NCBI RefSeq assembly: GCF_001458695.1
Contig: NZ_LN885086.1
Coordinates: forward strand, 2,220,001-2,252,000
Direction of reading: 5' to 3'
Source: Candidatus Nitrospira inopinata
Lineage (GTDB): Bacteria > Nitrospirota > Nitrospiria > Nitrospirales > Nitrospiraceae
Length of the DNA stretch: 32,000 bases
Part shown: positions 16,470 to 25,236 of the stretch, piece by piece
How positions within the stretch are numbered: the stretch's first letter is position 1
Layout of the letters: each line of letters starts with the position of its first letter
Position numbers and translations under genes: made by a program
Notes under the pieces: generated by a model
Database searches by the model: none
What the model was told of the DNA's origin: nothing
Seen by the model: only the letters and a program-made list of their open reading frames with translations

Positions 16470-17549
16470 ATGGCGAAAATTCGCGTTCTGACGATCGATG
16501 ACTCGGCGCTCATGCGGCAAGTGTTGGCGGCGTTGTTGTCGCATGATCCGGAGATTGAAGTGGTCGGATCGGCGCCGGACCCCTACATCGCCCGAGAAAA
16601 AATCAAGGCCTTGAATCCCGACGTCCTGACCTTGGATGTCGAGATGCCCAAGATGGACGGGCTGACCTTCCTTGAGAAATTGATGCGAGGCCATCCGATG
16701 CCGGTCGTCATGGTGAGCACCTTGACCGAAGCCGGTTGCGAAACCACTCTGCGGGCGCTCGAACTCGGCGCGGTCGATTTCATCACCAAACCGAAAATCG
16801 ACGTTCAAAAGGGTATGAGCGACGTCGCGCAAGACTTGATCGACAAGGTCAAATCCGCCGCGTGCGCGAAGGTGAGGAGCAAGGGATCGGAGGCGAGGGG
16901 ACAGTCGGGCTTCGAAGCATTTCCCCCCGCTTCGCATCCCTCAGGCCTCGCGCCTCAAGGGGCGATGCTCAAAACGACCGATACGATCATCGCCATCGGC
17001 TCGTCGACCGGAGGAACCGAAGCGGTGAAGGACATTCTGACGGCGCTTCCGGCTCACACACCACCCATTCTGATTACGCAACATATGCCGCCCCGGTTTA
17101 CTCGGACATGGGCTGAGCGGCTGAATAGCCTGTGCCGCATCTCCGTCAAGGAGGCGGCGGACGGCGACAGTGTGCTGCCGGGCCACGCTCTGGTAGCCCC
17201 AGGAGGGTATCACATGGTCTTGGACCGCAATGGCGCCCGTTACACGGTTCGGGTTAACCAGGATCCGCCGGTGAATCGGCATCGACCGTCGGTCGATGTG
17301 TTGTTCGATTCGGTAGCGAAATACGCGGGCCGCAACAGCATCGGAGTGATTTTGACGGGAATGGGAGGCGATGGAGCCAAGGGGTTGCTGGCCATGAAGC
17401 AGGCGGGCGCTTCGACGATCGCGCAGAACGAGGCAAGCTGCGTGGTTTTCGGCATGCCGAAAGAGGCCATCAAGCTCGGCGGGGTGGACAAGGTGCTTCC
17501 GCTCGGCGACATTGCCGGTGCGGTGATGGAGTGTGTCGGGCGGCAGTGA
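16470..17549 (+). CDS. cheB: chemotaxis methylesterase/deamidase CheB (REC plus esterase)
   Basis: REC motifs: [38 protein letters not shown]. Esterase motifs: [34 protein letters not shown] 16470. Confidence 0.95.
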   Translation: MAKIRVLTIDDSALMRQVLAALLSHDPEIEVVGSAPDPYIAREKIKALNPDVLTLDVEMPKMDGLTFLEKLMRGHPMPVVMVSTLTEAGCETTLRALELGAVDFITKPKIDVQKGMSDVAQDLIDKVKSAACAKVRSKGSEARGQSGFEAFPPASHPSGLAPQGAMLKTTDTIIAIGSSTGGTEAVKDILTALPAHTPPILITQHMPPRFTRTWAERLNSLCRISVKEAADGDSVLPGHALVAPGGYHMVLDRNGARYTVRVNQDPPVNRHRPSVDVLFDSVAKYAGRNSIGVILTGMGGDGAKGLLAMKQAGASTIAQNEASCVVFGMPKEAIKLGGVDKVLPLGDIAGAVMECVGRQ

Positions 17550-17580
17550 AAAGACCGGCGAGATAAAAAAGGAGGCAATC

Positions 17581-17931
17581 ATGGCGTTGCAAGTACGGGA
17601 GCGTTCCATGCCCAACGGGGTGATCCTTGAGTTAGCGGGGGATCTGACCTATGCGAACCGCGAACAATTCAAGACGGCCGTGGAGTCGGTTCGCCAGCGG
17701 GGGGTCCGGCATCTGGTGTTGGATATGTCGAGTGTGCGGTTCATCGACAGTTCCGGCCTGGGACTGTTGGCGCTGGTGGCCCAGCAATTCAAATTGACGC
17801 AAGGACGGTTGAGTTTGTTGAAGCCCCAGGCGTACGTGCGGGAAATCATGGCGCTGGCCAACATTCCGTCGTTGATCCCCATGTACGAAAGCGAGCAGGA
17901 TGCCGTGGCCTCCTGTGCGAAAGCGGCGTAG
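17581..17931 (+). CDS. STAS-domain anti-sigma-factor antagonist (SpoIIAA/RsbV family)
   Basis: VILELAGDLTYANREQFKTAV, HLVLDMSSVRFIDSSGLGLLAL (the conserved phosphorylatable Ser lies in DSSGLG) and LSLLKPQAYVREIMAL. ATG 17581 follows AAGGAGG. Confidence 0.85.
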   Translation: MALQVRERSMPNGVILELAGDLTYANREQFKTAVESVRQRGVRHLVLDMSSVRFIDSSGLGLLALVAQQFKLTQGRLSLLKPQAYVREIMALANIPSLIPMYESEQDAVASCAKAA

Positions 17932-17971
17932 GGACGCAGGAGTGTTTTGATGCCGAAACAAGCGAGACACG

Positions 17972-19201
17972 ATGAAGCCATCTTGTCCTCACGATGATCC
18001 GATCGGCCGGTCTGGAGCCGCCGAGGAGACAGCCGTCAAGGAGCGCCAGACGGTGCTCATCGTGGATGACGATCCGGTGGCCCGCTTGGCCATGACCGGC
18101 AGGGTGAAACGGCTCGGTTACCGCGTCCTTGAAGCCGCCGATGGGCGAAGCGGTCTTGAACTCCTCCGGCGTGAGCGGCCGGAACTGACCATTTTGGATT
18201 GGATGATGCCCGATCTGGACGGACCGTCGTTTTGTGAGCAGGTGCGCGACGATCCAGAGGTCGGCTCAAGCCAAATCCTCATGATGACGAGCAACGATCA
18301 CCCCGAACACATCGCGGAGGGGTTGGCGCGCGGGGCGGATGATTTTTTAAGCAAGGCGGCGAGCCGTCAAGAGATCATCGCCAGGGTCCAGGCCGGGATC
18401 AGAGCGGCGCTGTTGATTCGTCAGTTGGAACAGGTCACGGACGAGTTGCGGAGCAAACAGGCGTTGTTGGACGAGGAGCTACAATCGGCCGCCCGCTATG
18501 TGGAATCTCTTTTGCCGATGCCGGGCATCGTGCTCCCCGGCGTCGAACTGGCTCATCTCTACCGTCCTTCGCTGGCGCTGGGCGGTGATTTGTACAACGT
18601 CGTTCGATGTGGCGATGACTCAGTGGGACTCTATTTGCTCGATGCCTCTGGACACGGGGTGTCGTCGGCCCTTCGGTCCGCCGCTCTTGCCACGTTTCTG
18701 CGGGAGGACAGTCTGCTGCGTTACGTCGGCTCTCGCGATCCCGGCGCCATTGTGACGGAGGCCAACCGGCTGTTTCCCCTGACGGAACGGGGCGACTATT
18801 TCACGATTCTCGTCGCGCGGCTGGATCTGCGATTTCAGCGGCTGCTCTATGCCACGGCCGGTCACTCCGGAGCTTGTGTTCATCGGCGGGGGGGAACGAT
18901 GGAATGGTTTGTGCCGCCCAGCCTGCCCTTGGGATTTGCCCCGGGTCAGCGCTATCGCACCGTGGAGATCGGTTTTCTGCCCGGCGACCGCTTGTATGTG
19001 ATGAGCGATGGCCTCTATGAAATTCCCAATTCGACCGGAGAACTGTGGGGCAAAGAGCGACTGGGGTTCGCTTTGAAAGAGGCAGCCGGCCGACCATTGC
19101 AGGATGCCCTGTCTCATGCTGTTGCGGAGGCGGCGCGATGGTCCGGTCAGAATTGCTTTCCGGACGACGTGGCGGTGATGGGGATTGAGCTGAAGGCATG
19201 A
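17972..19201 (+). CDS. response regulator with PP2C/SpoIIE-type serine phosphatase output (RsbU-like)
   Basis: The REC domain is intact: LIVDDD, ILDWMMPDLDG, LMMTS, FLSKA. A coiled linker follows, then the PP2C domain: LGGDLYNV, YLLDASGHGVSSAL, YATAGHS, YVMSDGLYE, DDVAVMGIEL. Confidence 0.9.
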   Translation: MKPSCPHDDPIGRSGAAEETAVKERQTVLIVDDDPVARLAMTGRVKRLGYRVLEAADGRSGLELLRRERPELTILDWMMPDLDGPSFCEQVRDDPEVGSSQILMMTSNDHPEHIAEGLARGADDFLSKAASRQEIIARVQAGIRAALLIRQLEQVTDELRSKQALLDEELQSAARYVESLLPMPGIVLPGVELAHLYRPSLALGGDLYNVVRCGDDSVGLYLLDASGHGVSSALRSAALATFLREDSLLRYVGSRDPGAIVTEANRLFPLTERGDYFTILVARLDLRFQRLLYATAGHSGACVHRRGGTMEWFVPPSLPLGFAPGQRYRTVEIGFLPGDRLYVMSDGLYEIPNSTGELWGKERLGFALKEAAGRPLQDALSHAVAEAARWSGQNCFPDDVAVMGIELKA

Positions 19202-19238
19202 CGGCGTGTGCCATGAATCGAGGTCGGCGAGGTGACGG

Positions 19239-19598
19239 ATGAATCGTAATACCGTGTTTGATCTCCGGGAGGCGCTGAGTCGTATTGATGATGACCGCGA
19301 GACGCTTCACGCGATGATCGAGGTGTTCTTGGAGCAAGGTCCTCAGGATCTGGCGGCGGTTCGAGAGGCGTTGGATCGGCGAGATGCGGCCGCCGCGGCG
19401 CGATTCGCTCATCGATTAAAAGGATCGGCCCTTCAGTTTTGCGCGGATGCGGCGGTGGAGGCGGCGAAGGCGGTGGAAGCGGCGGGAAAAGGCGGCGACG
19501 TGGAAGAAACGGACAGACTGTTTCGGAAACTCGAAACCGAGGCGGCCCGCCTCTTCGAGGCGCTTCGCGCGGAGTTGGGCGGGGACCTGGCGGCATGA
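19239..19598 (+). CDS. single-domain histidine phosphotransfer (Hpt) protein
   Basis: 119-aa all-helical protein with the Hpt box FAHRLKGSALQFCA. GAGG sits 6 nt upstream of ATG 19239. Confidence 0.8.
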   Translation: MNRNTVFDLREALSRIDDDRETLHAMIEVFLEQGPQDLAAVREALDRRDAAAAARFAHRLKGSALQFCADAAVEAAKAVEAAGKGGDVEETDRLFRKLETEAARLFEALRAELGGDLAA

Positions 19599-20494
19599 AG
19601 ACGGAACGATCGTCCTGCAGGGTGTTGCTCGTGGATTCTTCCCGCGATCTTCAGGCGGATCTGGCCCGTGACGCCGAGCGGCTGGGGTTCACGTTGATTG
19701 CGGCATCAGGTCCGTCGGAGGCGGTGGCCTCGTTTGAACGGGAAGTCCCCGACGTGGTGATCACCGATTTATTCTCGTCCGATGAAGCCGGCCTCGCCTT
19801 GATTGAAGAGCTGAGAAGTCGCGGCGAAACCTGCCCCGTGGTCGTGATCGCGGCGGAGGCGTCGGGGGCCATGGTCGCCAAGGCGTTCCGCGCGGGGGCG
19901 ACGGATTATCTGCAAAAGCCGATCATCACGGAAGAGTTCACCCGCGTGCTGACCCGTGTTCGGCGCGTGGCGGCTCGGGCCGCGGCTCCGCTGCCCGGTT
20001 TGCTGACGTTCGAGCAGCGGCTCGTTCTGGCAAGCGACGTGAGCTTCGTTGAAGAAACGGTCCTCTGGTTGATACAGATGACGGCCATGATGGTGCCGGA
20101 GACGGCGCGAGCGGGCCTGCGCGGCGCGCTTCAGGAGTTGCTTCTCAACGCCGTGGAACATGGGAATCTTGAAATTTCCCATGAGGAGAAAAAACTCGCG
20201 GTGGCGGAAGGCCGATATGACCGCTTGCTGTCGGAGCGATCGGCCCGGTCGGCGCTCAGAGGTCGATGCGTCATCGTGGAAGTCTCCTACGACGCTGGAG
20301 CGCGTCGACTAAAGTATCGCGTTGCCGACCAAGGAGGGGGATTCGATTGGCGGGCGATGGTGGCGAAGAAGCCGGGCCTGGATGGATCGGTGGAGGGAAG
20401 CGGACGAGGGGTATTGCTCATACGGTCCCTGTTTCCCGATCTCTGCTATAACGAGCGGGGCAACGAGGCAACGTTTACGGTTCCTCTCGATTAG
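19595..20494 (+). CDS. receiver domain fused to an RsbW/SpoIIAB-like HATPase serine kinase (anti-sigma-type kinase)
   Basis: REC motifs: RVLLVDSS, VVITDLFSSDEAG, VVVIAAEAS, YLQKP. The C-terminal GHKL ATPase shows N box ELLLNAVEHGN, G1 VADQGGGFD and G2 GSGRGVLLIRSL. ATG 19595 overlaps the Hpt stop (ATGA). The ORF-track start 19439 lies inside the Hpt gene. Confidence 0.75.
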   Translation: MKTERSSCRVLLVDSSRDLQADLARDAERLGFTLIAASGPSEAVASFEREVPDVVITDLFSSDEAGLALIEELRSRGETCPVVVIAAEASGAMVAKAFRAGATDYLQKPIITEEFTRVLTRVRRVAARAAAPLPGLLTFEQRLVLASDVSFVEETVLWLIQMTAMMVPETARAGLRGALQELLLNAVEHGNLEISHEEKKLAVAEGRYDRLLSERSARSALRGRCVIVEVSYDAGARRLKYRVADQGGGFDWRAMVAKKPGLDGSVEGSGRGVLLIRSLFPDLCYNERGNEATFTVPLD

Positions 20495-20570
20495 CCGGTG
20501 GGAACGTGCGACGGTTGCAGGCCCTTTGAGAACTTCCTCCGGCACCGTGCGCGGGTGTTGCGTCATCCAG

Positions 20571-21524
20571 TCAAAACACCCGTAGATATTTGACGGTGCA
20601 GTGGCCTTTGTCCGCGTCTCGGTGCAAGACGACGAAGGCGTTCTTGACCGATTCATTGACCGTGATGGTGAGCCGGGCCGAAAAATAGTCGCTCTTGACG
20701 TCGTACACGGACCCGGATGCGCGCAACTTGGCGCCGATGTCCACGAAGCTCCCGATGCGGTTCAACTCCTCTTTGGTTTTGTAGGGGCGCCCCTGCACGA
20801 TTTCCGAGGCCATCGTCGGCGTGATGTCCGGGTCGAGAGCCTGGATGACGGCCGGCTCGGCCGTGTTGATGTTCACCGGCGCGCCGCCTTCGATCGGGTA
20901 CACGGTGACGTAGCGCGCGAGCCGATCGATGATGTCGGGCGTAAACCCTTTGATCAGCCGTAAATCGTTGATCGCCTGGAGCGGGCCGTTGGCGGCCCGA
21001 TAGGCGGGCCGCAACGATTGGTAGTGCAGGCTTTCCGCGCCGGTCGGTCTTGGGTTGTCATCCTGATCGAGCCAATCGATCAGGGCGTCGACCAGGTCGG
21101 GATTGATCTGAAGCAATTCGAAGAGCCGACGGATTCGGTCGATGCGGGTTTTGGATTGGATCGGGTCGTCGGCGGAAGCCACAAGATCGTTGAGATTCAG
21201 TTTGCCGCGCTCGTCCTGAATTTGGGCGCTCAACAATCCGTCGCCGATCGCGTAATTCTTGATCGGGAGCGCCCACAGGTCGAGCGGGCCGTCGAACCGT
21301 TCGCCGCTTCGTTTGTCGCGCAAAAAATCCCGTTGAAGAGCCGCGCTCGCCGCTTGAATGGCCGCGCGCGTCAACGTGCCGGACTTGACATGGTCGCGGA
21401 ACGCGGCCGCTTCGCGGTATTCGCGCCGCGCTTCCGCGTCGAATTCAAGAACGATCGCCGTCAGGAGCGCCAGCGCAAGCAGGGCAAGCAGCAGCGCGAT
21501 TCCTCGTTCATCGGCTTTTCGCAT
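20571..21524 (-). CDS. gspK: type II secretion minor pseudopilin GspK
   Basis: N-terminal RGIALLLALLALALLTAIVL lacks Glu at +5, as in GspK. Also AQIQDERGKLNLNDL, TGAESLHYQSLRPAYRAANGPLQAINDLRLIKGFT and PVNINTAEPAVIQAL. Confidence 0.85.
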   Translation of the reverse strand: MRKADERGIALLLALLALALLTAIVLEFDAEARREYREAAAFRDHVKSGTLTRAAIQAASAALQRDFLRDKRSGERFDGPLDLWALPIKNYAIGDGLLSAQIQDERGKLNLNDLVASADDPIQSKTRIDRIRRLFELLQINPDLVDALIDWLDQDDNPRPTGAESLHYQSLRPAYRAANGPLQAINDLRLIKGFTPDIIDRLARYVTVYPIEGGAPVNINTAEPAVIQALDPDITPTMASEIVQGRPYKTKEELNRIGSFVDIGAKLRASGSVYDVKSDYFSARLTITVNESVKNAFVVLHRDADKGHCTVKYLRVF

Positions 21525-22059
21525 AACTCAGCACCCGGAGCGTCGCTTCCAGGTTGACGGGGTCGTCGAATTTCGGGCGGATTTTCAAGTGACGGACTTG
21601 CAGGTCATAGGGCGCTTGGTCGATCGTCACGAGCAGATTCAGCAACTCCGGCAACTGTACGCCGTCCAGCCGGAGATCGACCGCCGTTTCTTCATATCCC
21701 GAGGGGAGCGTTTGAACCTGCGGCTGCATGCCGGCGATCCGGTCCCGCACGCGGGCCGTACCGGCGGCCTCCTCCATAAAAGCCAGCAGAGAAAAGTGAC
21801 CGCCCGCCTCCGGCAGACGTTGCTCGGTTTGCGAGAGACGCGCTCGTTTGACCGCGTACTCCTGGCTCAAGGCGGCCAATTCCTGAAGGTCTTTGCGCTT
21901 GCGCGCTTCCTGGCGGACCAGCCGGTCGTACGAGTCGAGCAGGGGGTCGACGACGAGCGCGAAGAGCAGGCCGAGGCCGACGACGATGCCGCCGACGAGC
22001 ACGATCGTTCGCTCGCGAGGAGAAAGCTGCCGCCAGCGTTCTTGGAGACTCTGCATCAT
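21508..22059 (-). CDS. gspM: type II secretion protein GspM
   Basis: 183 aa. WRQLSPRERTIVLVGGIVVGLGLLFALVVDPL is the GspM-type N-terminus with a single TM. A C-terminal ferredoxin-like region follows. The ATG overlaps the gspL stop (ATGA). Confidence 0.7.
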   Translation of the reverse strand: MMQSLQERWRQLSPRERTIVLVGGIVVGLGLLFALVVDPLLDSYDRLVRQEARKRKDLQELAALSQEYAVKRARLSQTEQRLPEAGGHFSLLAFMEEAAGTARVRDRIAGMQPQVQTLPSGYEETAVDLRLDGVQLPELLNLLVTIDQAPYDLQVRHLKIRPKFDDPVNLEATLRVLSYAKSR

Positions 22060-23639
22060 GGCCGACGCACCGTGACGGTCATGCGGAACACCACCTGGTT
22101 CGGCACCGCGCCCACGCGGGTTTCCGAGACGGAGACGTCCTCGAAACGGGCGCTCGACGCGAAGGCGTGTTTGATTTTGTCCACCGCGTCGAAGGACGAG
22201 GTCTCCCCTTCCAAAAGGATTGTTCCGGCGTCGACCGTCAGCTCACGGACTTTCACCGGGGTGCCGGACGGCAGTTCTTTGACGAACGCCGACAGTATCG
22301 GAAGAGCTTTTTCCCCTGAGCCGTCGATGACGGCCAGAGTTTTATCGATCGAAGCGATCCGATGGCGCGCTTGATCGAGTTCGTCTCCCGGCGCGGCGGT
22401 CGATCCGAACGCCTGCTCATAGCGCGATTGCAACGCCGCCTTCAGATCGGAGACGCGATTCCGTTGCAGCACGAAATGAATCGAAAAGTCGGCGACGGCG
22501 AGGAGTCCGATGATCAGCGCCGCGCCAAGGGCCAAGCGAAGGTCGGACTTGGAAGCCTTGGCTTTCGACGTTTCTTCGCCGGAGACGCTTTTGAAATCGA
22601 GGGCCAGGCCGTCCGCGGACGGCGTGAATCGCCAACGGGGTTTGACGATCTTCGGATGGACGGCCAGCCCGAACGCGATCGAGAAGGCGCGCGGGCTGTC
22701 GGGGCCGAATCCCTGTCTGGGGCCGACGGGATAAAGGCCCAATTGGCGGGCCACGAATCCTCCCATTTCTCGAAGCTTGGAGCCTCCTCCCGAGACCCAG
22801 CAGTGGGTCAATCGGCCGCGCTGCGATCCTTCGTAGGCTTGAATCGTGACGTAGAGTTCCCGAACCAGCGGGTCGAGCCACGCTTCCATCTGCTCGACCG
22901 CCATGCCGCGCTTGAGGCGTTCGGCCTCGGCAAACCCGCATCGCTCCCGCGTCGCCAAGGCGCGGGTCAGGTGGTTGCCGCCCCACAGAACGGTTCGAAG
23001 CACCACCGGTCGTCCTTCGTGAACCAGACAGAGGGTCGTCTTCGACGCGCCGACGTCGATGACGACCAGATCATCGGGGACGTCCTGGTGCTCGCTCCGC
23101 AGATACTGGGTGACGGAGAAGAGGGCCAGCGCGTCGACGTTGACGGCCGACGGTTCGACGTCGGCTTGGGCCAAAAATCGGAGATGCTCGGCCACCTTGT
23201 CTTTCGGAGCGGCGGTGACGAGCACTTCCGACCCTTTGTGCTCTCGGGACGACCCATCGGACACGCGACCGGGCGGCAAGACGACGCTGTCGATCGCCAG
23301 GTCTTCGAGCGGCATGGGCACCAGGTTTTCCACCTCGAAGGGGACGATTTGGGTCAGTTTGGCCGCATCCTTGAAGGGGAACGAGAGCGTTCGAACGAAC
23401 AAGTCGTGGCAGGGAATGGCGGTGACCAGGCGATCGGTGGCGTAGAGGCCGTGTTGCCAGAGAAACCCCCGCAGGGCCTGGACTCGGCGCGCGGGGTCCA
23501 AATCTTCGGGACGGGCGAACGGCAACGGCCGGTGAAAATAGTCGATGGATTCGCGTCCGCTCAATCGCCGGCGAAAGCGGACGGCTTTGAGCCCCGTCTG
23601 CCCGACGTCAAGTCCGACACATTCGGTCACGATCGCCAT
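22056..23639 (-). CDS. gspL: type II secretion protein GspL (PilM-like actin-fold N-domain, TM, periplasmic domain)
   Basis: The N-terminus VGLDVGQTGLKAVRF ... VIDVGASKTTLCLV ... WVSGGGSKL shows actin/PilM-like phosphate-binding motifs. The central TM is LALGAALIIGLLAVADFSI. Position between the N-like gene and gspM. 527 aa, longer than classical GspL. Confidence 0.72.
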   Translation of the reverse strand: MAIVTECVGLDVGQTGLKAVRFRRRLSGRESIDYFHRPLPFARPEDLDPARRVQALRGFLWQHGLYATDRLVTAIPCHDLFVRTLSFPFKDAAKLTQIVPFEVENLVPMPLEDLAIDSVVLPPGRVSDGSSREHKGSEVLVTAAPKDKVAEHLRFLAQADVEPSAVNVDALALFSVTQYLRSEHQDVPDDLVVIDVGASKTTLCLVHEGRPVVLRTVLWGGNHLTRALATRERCGFAEAERLKRGMAVEQMEAWLDPLVRELYVTIQAYEGSQRGRLTHCWVSGGGSKLREMGGFVARQLGLYPVGPRQGFGPDSPRAFSIAFGLAVHPKIVKPRWRFTPSADGLALDFKSVSGEETSKAKASKSDLRLALGAALIIGLLAVADFSIHFVLQRNRVSDLKAALQSRYEQAFGSTAAPGDELDQARHRIASIDKTLAVIDGSGEKALPILSAFVKELPSGTPVKVRELTVDAGTILLEGETSSFDAVDKIKHAFASSARFEDVSVSETRVGAVPNQVVFRMTVTVRRP

Positions 23640-23737
23640 CGATCAACCTTACAGAAGTGACGAGGATTCCGCGCGCGATGATTCACGTTTCCGGAAAATG
23701 CTCCTCCCCCGTCGAAATCGGAAACGTCCCCGCTACT

Positions 23738-24622
23738 TTACAATGCGATCCTGGGTTGTGCCAATGGGCCGACGATCTTGACGGTGATCGGCGAGCCGAC
23801 CGGGAGCGGAGGCAGCCCCAGGGCAGGGGCCTTCGCGGCAAATCCGGTTCCAGGCACAAGGGTCAGGGTCAAGGCCAGTTGGCTGTTCCGAATCGGATTC
23901 TGAATCGTGAGGGTTCCCTCTCCCGTGAACGATCCGTCGATTCCCTCGCCGTTGAGCACCGCCACCCTGCACACGCCGTCTCGACACTCCACGCCGATGG
24001 AGATTGTTGTGAACGTCAGCGACAGGGTTCGTCCGTTGCCCAGCGGGATGCGATCGATAGCGACGTCCGTCGCCTCGGCTTTCCACGTCCCTTCTCCGCC
24101 GATCTGTTGGGAGACGGGATGGGTCGATTCGACACGGTATGCAAACTCGCCGTCGATCACGCCGCGACTGACGTACCGGCCGAACAACCGAGACAAATCG
24201 ACGCGCTGAAGCCGCCCCGTCGCCGACCACGGCCCCTGCGCTGCCAGCGAGGAAGCCGACAGGCTGACGCGGGTCAGTCCGGCCGCGGGCGAGGCGGCGT
24301 CGGATCTGGCGCTAACGTCGAGAGCAAGGGTGCCGCCCAACGCCTGAAGCAGACCGACGTTTGCCTTGAGTAGGGCGAGTTCGATGGGGTCCCACTCGGG
24401 CAAGGACAAGGAGACCCGCCGCCATTCGATTCCCATCGGCCATGCGACCGACCACTCCTCCGCCCGGATGGTGATTCCGGTCGTCCGGTTCAGTTCGGAC
24501 GCGAGTCTCGTCTGCAACGCGTCGTAGGGAAAGGTCGCGATCAGGCCGAACCCGAGCGTGCCGAGTCCGATCGCGATCCACACGAGTCGTTCCTTTCGAG
24601 CGTCGAGCCGGGTTCCGATCAT
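23738..24622 (-). CDS. gspN: GspN-like type II secretion protein
   Basis: Single N-terminal TM (LVWIAIGLGTLGFGLIATFPYDAL) followed by a beta-rich periplasmic region with GspN-like length and pattern. ATG 24622 overlaps the gspJ stop (ATGA). The call rests on context and composition. Confidence 0.5.
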   Translation of the reverse strand: MIGTRLDARKERLVWIAIGLGTLGFGLIATFPYDALQTRLASELNRTTGITIRAEEWSVAWPMGIEWRRVSLSLPEWDPIELALLKANVGLLQALGGTLALDVSARSDAASPAAGLTRVSLSASSLAAQGPWSATGRLQRVDLSRLFGRYVSRGVIDGEFAYRVESTHPVSQQIGGEGTWKAEATDVAIDRIPLGNGRTLSLTFTTISIGVECRDGVCRVAVLNGEGIDGSFTGEGTLTIQNPIRNSQLALTLTLVPGTGFAAKAPALGLPPLPVGSPITVKIVGPLAQPRIAL

Positions 24623-25236
24623 GATGCCGCTTCGAGCGTGATCCATTCGCGGACGGTCCAGGGGTCCGTATTGGGCGGCTGAACGGTGAGTTCAATCAAC
24701 ACCGCCTTGGGCAATTTGTTGAGCCCTCCCCACTCGTCGAGCCATACGCGGGTTTGCGCGTCGAAATAGCGGAGATTGAACGACCGGACGTGGTTCGCCA
24801 ATTCCACGCGATCGATCGATTCGTCGGTGAGGCCGTACAGATTCTTTTTCGCGAATCGCAACAGGCGGTCGCCCTCGCGTGTGTACACCACGCGGATCAA
24901 TTCGGTCTCCCGCGCCGCCGGCCCGCTTGAGCCGTCGTTCATCGCGAGAAAGGCGACGGTGTCGGCCGGCCGCCCCTCCTGCCATCCGTTCGTTCCCACC
25001 CACGGCAAGGCCCCGTCTTGTCTGCTCAAGGACAGGTCTTCGGCCATGAGGCGGAGCACTCTTCTGATCGTCTGTTCTCGGGAGGAGGCGTCTCGTCCGA
25101 CTTCGACGGCGTGATTCGTCGTCATCAGCGAGCCGAACACCATCGAGGCGATAAGCCCGAGCAAGGCGATCGCGATCAGGATTTCGATCAGCGTAAACCC
25201 GCCCTGCGGTTTAGAAAGCGTTGCCGGCGAACACAT
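24619..25236 (-). CDS. gspJ: type II secretion minor pseudopilin GspJ
   Basis: Prepilin-type N-terminus KPQGGFTLIEILIAIALLGLIASMVF. ~200 aa. Position after gspI. Confidence 0.75.
   Translation of the reverse strand: MCSPATLSKPQGGFTLIEILIAIALLGLIASMVFGSLMTTNHAVEVGRDASSREQTIRRVLRLMAEDLSLSRQDGALPWVGTNGWQEGRPADTVAFLAMNDGSSGPAARETELIRVVYTREGDRLLRFAKKNLYGLTDESIDRVELANHVRSFNLRYFDAQTRVWLDEWGGLNKLPKAVLIELTVQPPNTDPWTVREWITLEAAS

Noticed and set aside
20495-20570. Expected bidirectional terminator in the 76-nt convergent gap between the REC-kinase gene and gspK
   Set aside because: I could not find a stable inverted repeat or a T/A tract by eye. This should be left to an RNA-folding program.
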